DNA of 33,995 bases from Reclinomonas americana ATCC 50394 (taxonomy: Eukaryota). Under the pieces are notes generated by a model, which was not told the DNA's origin, searched no databases, and was given only the letters and a program-made list of their open reading frames with translations. Positions 25,032-33,995 of the stretch are shown piece after piece. Within the stretch, counting starts at the first letter, position 1. Each line of letters starts with the position of its first letter. The position numbers were made by a program, and so were the translations under genes. Location: positions 55,945 through 89,939 of the forward strand of contig PS015572.1 in assembly GCA_048213135.1 (NCBI GenBank), written 5' to 3'.

Positions 25032-28000
25032 ATGTCGTCGCTGCTGCATGTGCTCGAGTCCGAGCTGAAGCACGTCAGCAGCGAGTCGCGACGCAAGCTG
25101 CCCAATGTCAAAGAGGTGCGCGTGTGAACGAACATGAACGAGCCATTTCCTCTCTCTCACTCACGCTCACTCGCTCGCTCTCACAGGCCGCTGATCGTGC
25201 ACTGGTGGAGGTCAAGCGACTGGCCGACAGTCTGCACGGACAGCCGCTGGATGCGATCGTGCAAGGTGTGTGTGTGTCTCTGAGTCTCTGTGTTCATTGT
25301 GAGTGTGACTGATGAAGGTCTTGGCAGCAATCCGCGATACCTCGGATGTGTACTCGCCGCTCATCCTCGCCACGCTCTCCAACAACACCAAGCTGGTGCA
25401 GTCGGCGCTCGGGTGCCTGCAGAAGGTCCTGTCGCACGGCGGCGTGGCCAAGGTTTGAGTGCTCACACTCCACTCATCACGCACACGTGTGTGTGTGTGT
25501 CGCTGACTCTCTCTCCATCTTGTAGCGCGACCTGCCGGAGGTGCTGGAGGCTGTCATGCACCAGAGCGACTGTGGAGAGGAGATTGTGCAGCTCAAGGTC
25601 ATTCAGACGCTGCTGACGGTGATGACATCGCCGTCGTATCACTTGCCGGATGCGCTCTTGTCGGGGGTTGCGTCGTTGCTGCGTGCGAGGAAAGCGCACG
25701 GGCCTTGTGTTGCTGATGCCTTTTATTGCGTTTGTGTGCAGTGCTTGCGAGTGTGCTTCCTGTTGCATCGCAATCGCAGTCCGATGATTCACCACACGGC
25801 GGCGGCGACGGTGCGACAGGTGGTCAACCTGTTGTACGATCGCCTGGAGCAGTCGATGAACACGGACATTGCGTCGTCGCCAGACCCAGCTGCAGCGGAA
25901 AAGCTGCTGGAGGATCGTCGTCGCACCGGGTACTTGTTCTTCCAGGATCTGCTGAGTCTGGTCGACGGCAAGAGTGGCGACTGGCTGAGCATGCGACCGG
26001 GAGTGCTGAATCTGCGCTTTGGTATCGAGCTGTTGGAGTTGGTGTTGTCGCATCCGGTTGCTTTGAAGGTCAGTGTGAGCGCGCGTTGTGTGCGATCGGG
26101 CAGTCGGCGGAGTCGACTCACGTGGGGGAGTGCAGGAGGAACCGTTCTTGCCGACCATCGCGTACCGCCTGAGTCCGTTCCTGCTCTCGTCGATTCGCAG
26201 TCAGATGAGCGACTTTGGCAATCTGGTGCGCCTCATTCGTGTCGGCGTCGTGCTGATGACGCACTACACGCAGTACATTGTTGCGTGGCGTGCATCACGC
26301 GTGTCATTATTTGTTGCTTGTGTTGTTGTCTCACTCGCCGCTGCGTGCGCAGCCGGAGCAAACGCGCGACTTTTTCGACTTTCTCACGAAAATGGCCAAC
26401 GGCGACTACGAGCGCAGCGTGCTGGTGTGGCCGTGCGTGCTGGCAGTGGACGCACTGCGTTGCATGTTGAAGATTCCGCGCATGGCCGAGTTTCTGTTCG
26501 AGACATTCGACATGGGGCGGGCGAATCGGCCGTCGGCGGTGTTTGGCTGCCTGGCCAACGCCATTGGTAGCTTTGTGAAGCGCATCTACGAGTCGCAACC
26601 GGGACCGATCACCATTAGCTTGCAGACGAAGCGATTTGGCGGGTGAGTCGAGCGCTTGAACACTGTCGTGTAACGGCGACTCACGCGCTGCACACTGTAG
26701 ATTGGAATTGCTGAATGACACGGATATCATGGCGCCGGGAGTTTTGGTGAATGCCGAGAGCGCACTGTTCCTGGGTCTGGAGGCGGTCTCGCTGGTGGTG
26801 GAGTCGTATTCTCGCACTTGTGGATTGCTGGAGACGTTGGATAATCCGACGAGTGGCAGCACGCCGTCGTCGCCGACTCTGGCTCGCACCGAGCCACCGG
26901 GAACACCGTCGGGCTCCATGGTGAGATTACGCAGTGGGTGGTGTTGGTGGGAGGACGAAACTGACTTTTTGGATGGTCTCATCAGTCGCAACTGTTGGCT
27001 CGTTCCCTTTCGACGCTCGCTGCCGACATGGTGCCGTTGCGCACCGATGCTGTGGCAGCCGAGGTGAGTGCTGTGATTTGCATGACTGCTCGTGGCAAGG
27101 GCATGTGCTGATCTGTACCTTGCTACAGCCTGCGTCTGGCTCTGGTGCTTCAGGCTCGGGTGTGTCGGCTCGTCCAGACGACGCCGTTGCGTCTGTTGTG
27201 CCACTCTCGCTCTATCATCAAGCACCACAGTCTCTGATCCTCATTTGTTCGCTTTTCAGTCACAGACAGTGGCTTCTGCGCCGCCTGGCAGTGGAAACGA
27301 GGACTCCAGCTTGTCGGAGCCACCGACGGGTGTGGAGTCGGTGTGTTGGCTTTCCTTGTTATTCTCAGGTTTTGTTGTTGCCTTTCTCTCATCCTCCCGT
27401 GCGTGCAGTCGGCTGCCGACGACACGGAGGAAGCAGACAGTGATCCTGTCTCTCTGCTGATCCGGCGCTGTGTGGAGGAGGCCGTGCGGCGTGGTATCTC
27501 CATGGCCATTTCGTCGACTGGCCCCATGCAGCCGTCGTCTCGCGGTGCAGACGCTACGGACAGTGAGGGTCACGATGCGCTGACGGAGGACCAGGATATG
27601 GCCGACGGCGATGCGGGTGCTGGCATTGAAGATGTGGAGCAGGACAGTGATGAGGATCAGCGCGGCTCACCCGTGCCCGACGAGGCTGCCGCTGTGGAGA
27701 CGGAACAGGTATGATTTTCCTCCGTCTCACTCTCCCTCTTTGTAACCAGCGCTGATTCGCGTCGAGACGCAGGACGTGTCTACGCCGTCACGCCCCGCTG
27801 CACCCAAGGTTGACGCGCCGTCGCCACTGCAGCTGACGCCGTCGGCAGCCACCGACGAGGGCGGTCGCAGCCAGTCCGACCTTGCAGGATCGTCGTCGTC
27901 GTGGGAGACGCCGTCGAATCTCGGCAAGGGACCGGAGTTGCTGCGGATTCACTCAAAGACCAAGGACGAGGACATTTCGGTGAGCGCTGGCTGATTCTGG

Positions 28001-31000
28001 ATGTGAGGCAGGAGATGGGTTGTGGTGGTCTCATGGCCTTGCGCGCACGCAGCTGTGCAAGAAAATGGTGGAGTCGAGCTGGTGGTCGCTGCTCGCAGCC
28101 ATTGGCAGTCTGCTGGAACGCACACGCAACGAGGAGATTTTGTCGTCGGTGCTCCGCCTGTACCACGTGTTCATTCACGTGTGTGGAGTGACGGGTCTGA
28201 CGCAACCTCGTGATGCGTTGCTCACGTCGCTGTGCCGGTGCGTCGTGCAGGAGAGCGAGTGCTGTCGAGTGCAGTTGTCTGACTTGAGTGTGCGCGCAAC
28301 AGCTTCACGCTGCCAGTGTCGGAGGATCCGCGTCCGGAGGATGATGCCGCGGTGGGCACGGAGAAGGGAGTGATGACCCCGAAGAATGTGCAAGTGATGA
28401 AGGTATGATGTCTTTTCCTTGTACGCCTTTGCTAGCTTTGTCTGACAGCTGTGACGTGTCGGTGACAGGCACTCTTCAAAGTGGCCATCAAACTCGGCTC
28501 GCTCCTCGGCAGCTCGTGGTACCTGCTGTTGAAAAACTTGCAGCAACTCGACACGCTGCTGTATCCGGTGATGCCGAGTCAGCAGGCGGTGAAGGGCGCC
28601 AACGAGGGTACCACGCAGGAGCTGTCGGTACGTGTGTCTCTCGCTGGCGAGTAGGATATCATCTCTCGCGGTTATCTCATCGTCGTCGTGCATGCAGATT
28701 TTGAGCGACTCGCTTGCCACACTCTTCTCCAAGAGTGTGGACCTCGACGAGGAGGCACTCGTGCACTTGTTGCTGGCACTGACGCAATTGTCGGCCGACA
28801 CACTCACCTCGCCTTCGTTCAAGCTCATGTCGTCGACGGTACGTTTGTGTGTGCGTGCAACCTGATTCGCACGCTGTCTGTGATCTCCTCATGTGATCAC
28901 CGCAGGCACCTCGCATGTTTGGCACGAGCAAACTGGTGGAGACCGCCAAGTACAATGTGCACCGCATCGGCAACATCTGGGAGTTCACAACACAGCACCT
29001 GGTGTCTGTGGCACGACACGATGTTTCGTGATTGTTGTTGTTGTTATTGATTGTGTGCCTCCTTGGTCGCTCACTGCGAACAGAATGCCGCTGTGCGCGC
29101 CTTCGCCGTGGAGAGTATGGGAGCCATTGTGCGCGCCACGCTTGCCGACCCCAACAATGCGCACATGGAGGAGGTTGGTGTTGTGGGCGTCGGTTCTGTG
29201 GGCCGCTTGTGCGAGCACCATCTGAGCGTGTTCGTGTGTGAGCAGAAGGCATTGATTCCGTTCCAGCGGCTGTTTGAGAATGTCGAGTTCCCGGATCTGC
29301 ACGAGAATCTGCTGACGCAACTGAGCAGCATCATTCGCAGTGTTGGGCCGGTGCGTTTGGGGAGGGCAGATGACTGTGATGTGGCTTTTCCTCAGCTCAC
29401 CCGGCTTTCGATTGTGCGCAGCAATTGACCACGAGCTGGGAAATCGTGCTGCAAGTGCTCTCACAAGTCGGCAAGGAAGGCCGCCGCAACGAGATTCTGA
29501 TTGGATGGGAGAGCATTCAGCTGATTGTGACCGACTATGCCAACAAGTTCCCCACTGTTTGTGCGTCGGCTGGTGAGATGTATCGTATTGATCATGAAAC
29601 TCACCCACTGTTCGTTTCTCGTGCAGCCAATCTGCTGATGCTGATCAAGGTCGTTGGGAGTTTCTCGCACCAGCGCGAGGAAGTCAACATTGCGCTGTCC
29701 TCCATGAACTTTTTGTGGAACCTCTCGGATTTGCTTGCGTCGCGTGTCTCGTTGCGTCGTCAAAATGGGGTGTGGCTCCCACACAACATTCGCTGACAGA
29801 CCACGCAGGGCTGGCGCGCCGGAGATCCGCGCATTGTGGCAAGTGCTCTTTGCCGAGCTGCAAGTGAGTTCGTGGGACAACCGACCGGAGGTGCGTCACT
29901 GCGGCATTCGCACCGTGTTCTCCACGGTGGTGCGCCATGGCGCCGGATTCAGCGAGGAGCTGTGGACCGAGTGCTTGTTGGCCGTTGCGTCGACGATTCG
30001 CGTTCCTGGTGACGCGCTGCTGCTCACCCTTCTCTTTCCCGCACAGATTCTCATCCCTCTTGTCAAGCAAGTGGAGATGTTTGCCGATAGTGCGTCGGAG
30101 GAGGAAGAGCCGGAGGATGGCAGTGGTCAAATGTTGCGTTTGTAAAGAGACTATATTGTACTCAGTTTCTCTTGTGCCTCACACTCTATGGATGCAGTAT
30201 GAAGCACTGGAGTCGCAACTCGGCGGCGAAGCAGTGGGATGAGACTCGCGCAGTGGCACTGGCTGGGGTCACGCACATGTACAAAATGCTTTATGTGCAT
30301 CTCAGGTACGTGTGCGAGGCGAGAGCGAACGGGTGAGTGTGTGGGTGAAGTAAGTTACTCATTTCATGTGCGCAGCAAATTGGAGTGTTTTGCGGAGAGC
30401 ATTCAGCTGCTCACCGAGCATGCAGCGAACGGTGTGTTGCATCCGGCCAAGGATGTGCACAGGGTTGCGTCGCTCGAGTGCAGCTTGGTTGTCGCAATCG
30501 ATTCTTGCCATTCATGTTGCATTTGTGTGCCAGATTGCCATTCGCGGTGTGCTCGACATGCTGCTCAGTGCCAATGAAGCCGAGGCTGGACAGCCGGCAT
30601 CGGAGTCGTTGATGGTGGTGTGGAAGTTGGTGTGGCACATCTGGGAGGCTTTGGCGGCGTACCTCTCGCTCACTCCGTGCAGTTGCGCAATCTCCCTGCT
30701 TTGCGTCGTCGCCCTCTGTTGACTCACGCCGCCTTGTCGGACGCAGGTGCGGGGAAGCCGCGAAGTGTGCTGGAGGCATTGACACCGATTGTGTCGGTGC
30801 AAAAGGCCTTGCAGCGCGGCACGAAGAACAACCCCGACCTTGTGAAATTCTTTATTAATGGTGTGAAGGAGGCGTACGAGCTGATGCGAGGCCGCTTTAC
30901 CAGTCCAGATTGTGTTCGGTGCGTGCTCGCGCGTGTAGGTGCATCATTTACAGTCCACGATCTGATATTGCTTCACACAGGTTGATATCCATTCTCAACA

Positions 31001-32311
31001 AGTGCCTGTACTGCGAGTCGTCGGTCTCCGACACCATGGATGGCTTCCCGACTCCTGCGCAAAAGGCCGTGCTCAGCACCATTCGTGTGTTGGTGAGTGG
31101 AGTTCATGTTGTGACAGTTGTGTCGGTGCCCGACTCATGTGCGTGGATGACAGCCTCCGTTCCTCGATGACGACATGTGGGCGAGATACTACGAGCAAAT
31201 TCTGCAATACTTGCCACAGCGGGCCGACACCGTGGCCGATCTGACTCGCATGCCGGCTCTCGAATACTCCAGTGCGGTTCTCAATCTGGCCTTGGACATG
31301 TACCAGACGTTGCCACACAATGGTGCGTTTTTATCCTGGCTTGTGCATGTTTGGCTGACGCTTCTCTTACTTTTCGATCAACAACAGTCAAGATGCACAT
31401 GTTCCTCGGCCTCATGCACACACTCGGCGTGTGCTTGGAGACGAAGCAGCACGCGGAAAAGTATCTGCTGTGGCGTGAATCGGTGGCACTGTTCCAGAAT
31501 CAATGCCGCGTCACGCTGCCGCAGTACAATGGTTTGCAGAATGAGTGTTCCGCCGTCGTCCATTGGTGCCTCACCCAGTCCTTGCGCGTGTGTGCAACAG
31601 AGTACACGGCCGCGGATGCGAGCAAGCGCGAGGCTGCCTGGGTGCTGGTGTCCTCGGTGATTACCCGCTTTGTGACGGACAAACGACAGATTGCGTGGAT
31701 CTTTGTGCCGGAGGAGGAGTCCATGTTGCGCCTGGTTGGCCGCACACTGCTGGTGCTCACCAATGGTCGCTCGCGTGAGCGCCTGTTCAAGCTGCTGCAG
31801 ACGTGCACGTTGAGTGTGCGGCACACGCAGTCGGTGCGTGTGCGCAGTCTCGAATCGCTTCTGCGCTGGTGCTCCAACACGGCGGCCCCAAGCGACGCAC
31901 CGCACATGGACGAGGCGCTGCGCAACGAAATCGCCTTGCGCGCCTTCCCCTACCTGCGTGCCTGCTGCGACGACATTGTTATGCGCTTCCTCGACGATGC
32001 ACGCCGCAGCGGCTCGTGCCCACTGGCACGCAATCAGCTGGATCTCTTCCGCTACCTGTGCCAGTCGCTCATGAAGGCCGACTTCCCGCACCACGCGGTG
32101 GCCGCCGAGCAGCCACATGCGCGGATAGGTGAGTTTCTGCGAGGAGAGTGTGTCTTGTATGTGTGTGTGTGTGTGCTGAACTGTCGCCGCAGAATTGGTG
32201 ATGCAAGTGTACCGCGCACTCACCGCCACACCCGGCCACGTGGATCAGCGTCTGGAATCAGTCACCACGGCGGTGATAGACGAGGTCGGCGCACTGCGTT
32301 TATCCACATGA
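25032..32311 (+). CDS. MON2: MON2 homolog (Arf-GEF-like endosome/Golgi trafficking scaffold), ~32 introns
   Basis: N-terminal LESELKHVSSESRRKLPNVKEAADRAL. Then IVQLKVIQTLL, IHHTAAATVRQVV, PRDALLTSLCRFTLP, EVNIALSSMNFLWNLSD, DNRPEVRHCGIRTVF, KHWSRNSAAKQWDET and RFLDDARRSGSCPLAR. Stop TGA at 32309-32311. Confidence 0.93.
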
Positions 32312-32409
32312 AATGGCAGCAGGCGTGAGAGAGGAATGAGAGATGGAGAAATGTAACAAGTGTGTCTCGCATTGGTTTACGTTGTCGTGCAGTGTGTTCT
32401 ATTGTGTGC

Positions 32410-33485
32410 TCAGTCTATCACGTTAACCACCGGCCGCCATTCGCTCTCCGGCGCCTCGTACAGGAAAAATCGGTAGAGCGCATCGAGTGCGGCCTCCTGT
32501 TCGCTTCTCGTTACGGTGGTGCCGGCACCCTGACCAAGGAACGTGTTCCCATTCTCGACGACCGACACGAACGGTGGCCCCTCGCTCAGCCTTCGGTACA
32601 CCGGTTTGGGGAGACCGAGACGCCAGCTCAGCAAGAACAGGTCGCGCTTCGGTTCGTGGACGGGCACAAAATCGCGCAGGTACAAGTGCTCCATGTCCTG
32701 TGCGACACACGAACAGCGTGAGGTCGACGAGGCACGGGAGGGAGTGAGAGACAGCGCATGCACAACTCCTCGCGGCGACTCGCGGTACCGCCTCATGGCG
32801 ACCGCATCGAGCTCGCTGGCATCCGGTCGCCTCCCCGCAATCAATCGCACCGGCATCAGCACGTGCGGCCACACCAGTCGCCTGAACGCCTCCTCGGGGC
32901 CCAGATCGCGACACGTCGCGGCCGCCAAACACTCAAACAGATTCGCCACCGTCTTGGACGCCGGTTCCATGCGCGATGCCGCCACACCGGCTCGTGGCTG
33001 CAACGATGTGAGCAACAAATAAGGGGGAGAACGCCGAGCTGTACGACGCGCACCTCCCAGTCTCGCGAACAGTAGCTGGTCAAGTCGTCGAGGCCAAGTA
33101 GTCGTCCTCGTGAGACAAGCCACACGTTACTGGTGAACTGACTGCGCACGTGGGAGGAGAAAGGTTGTCAGCTGTCGACTGAATGCAGAGCAATGTAGTG
33201 ATAAAGAGCACGAAACGATGTGAGACTGTGGATGGTGCCAGCTGGCATATTGGGAAACCGCTTGAAAAAGTGCTCAGTGATGGACATGGCGAGGAACTTG
33301 TCGCCTGTGCAATGCATGCAAGGAAAGAGTGAGATGTGCGTGCATTCTCTCTCTTCCGTTTCTTCTCTCACACACAAACCGAGAAACTCCAGACTTGAGT
33401 TCTTGGCGGCCTCGGCAGCTGCACGTGCAGTGCTCACAGGGAAGCCGAGACGACCGCTGACGACTGTGCGGAAGGCGCGCTGCAT
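32410..33485 (-). CDS. RNase III-domain + dsRBD protein, probable mitoribosomal protein mL44, 4 introns
   Basis: Presequence-like MQRAFRTVVSGRL, RNase III segments NSSLEFLGDKFLAMSITEHFFKRFPNMP and VANLFECLAAA, and a dsRBD EPKRDLFLLSWRLGLPKPVYR...GQGAGTT...EQEAALDALYRFFLYE resembling fungal mL44 C-termini as I recall them. Confidence 0.75.
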
Positions 33486-33586
33486 GTGAAGACGGGAGAA
33501 GGGAGGGGGACAGACGTGCTCGCTCTGTCCGCGACGTCTCGTCTGTCCTCTGTGTGTGTTTTGAATCGAGTTCACAGAGCGACGAC
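33486..33586. promoter_or_regulatory. Putative bidirectional promoter (mL44-like / unknown gene, 101 bp)
   Basis: Position between divergent inferred ATGs. Confidence 0.45.
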
Positions 33587-33995
33587 ATGGCGACTGCAGA
33601 GTACGATGAGGGCGAGGGCTTTGATGCCGAGGACGACCAGGTGAGCGCGCGAAAGGGGCGGGGAGAATGGAAAGAGAGAGAGGGAGAGGCGCGGCCATGT
33701 CCGATCCTTGTTGTGTGTGTGCGTGCGTGTGTCTCTCTCTCTCTTGCTGCATGCTGGCACTCCTGGTGGTACGCACAGAAAGGGACACACGCGCACAGAG
33801 CATGCAGTGTGTGTGCACTGATCGCATCGCACCTGTTTCTCCGACATGTCACACTCTCTCTCTCACACACTCTCTCACACAATGTAGGCCGAGGAGGAGC
33901 GTTTGGCGGCTGGCTTTGGCGCGATGACGACGGCGGAGCAGATTGCGTTCTTCCGCACGCGTCTTCCGCCCATGGAGCAACTGTACGTGCACGAG
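33587..33995 (+). CDS. Unknown protein, first two exons (3'-partial)
   Basis: ATG at 33587 gives MATAEYDEGEGFDAEDDQ. Intron CAG|GTGAGC...TGTAG spans 33641-33887, then AEEERLAAGFGAMTTAEQIAFFRTRLPPMEQLYVHE stays open to the window end. Confidence 0.7.
   Translation, partial: MATAEYDEGEGFDAEDDQVSARKGRGEWKEREGEARPCPILVVCVRACVSLSLAACWHSWWYAQKGTHAHRACSVCALIASHLFLRHVTLSLSHTLSHNVGRGGAFGGWLWRDDDGGADCVLPHASSAHGATVRAR

Noticed and set aside
27742-27772. In-frame TGA after the first AG in a MON2 intron, suggesting stop readthrough or an alternative genetic code
   Set aside because: A downstream acceptor (ACGCAG, 27772) restores the frame and the CTGAT is branch-like. Genes end in TAA, TAG and TGA, consistent with the standard code.

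Overview
Gene-dense, GC-rich eukaryotic (probably protist) genomic DNA with five assembly gaps. I can reconstruct 13 spliced protein-coding genes by hand: a Tudor-ARID-chromo-WD40 chromatin protein (5'-partial), a TTLL11-like glutamylase, an SLC43/LAT3-like MFS transporter, a BTB-BACK-SPRY protein, GABA transaminase, a J-domain protein, a HAD phosphatase, glutamate dehydrogenase, DTD2, an SPPL-type peptidase, MON2, an RNase III/dsRBD protein resembling mL44, and the start of an unknown gene. They contain about 114 mostly short (roughly 55-90 nt) introns and are separated by only about 40-160 bp. The main signal is in the splice donors. About 32 of the ~114 donors form a second class, GTTGCGT/GTTTCGT/GTTGAGT, which is the normal GTGCGT/GTGAGT consensus displaced by one nucleotide. 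This class is used almost only when the exon does not end in G, while ordinary donors almost always follow a G. That suggests shifted-register U1 recognition, rare in human, has become a major splicing mode here. All exon models and counts are manual and have no RNA support.
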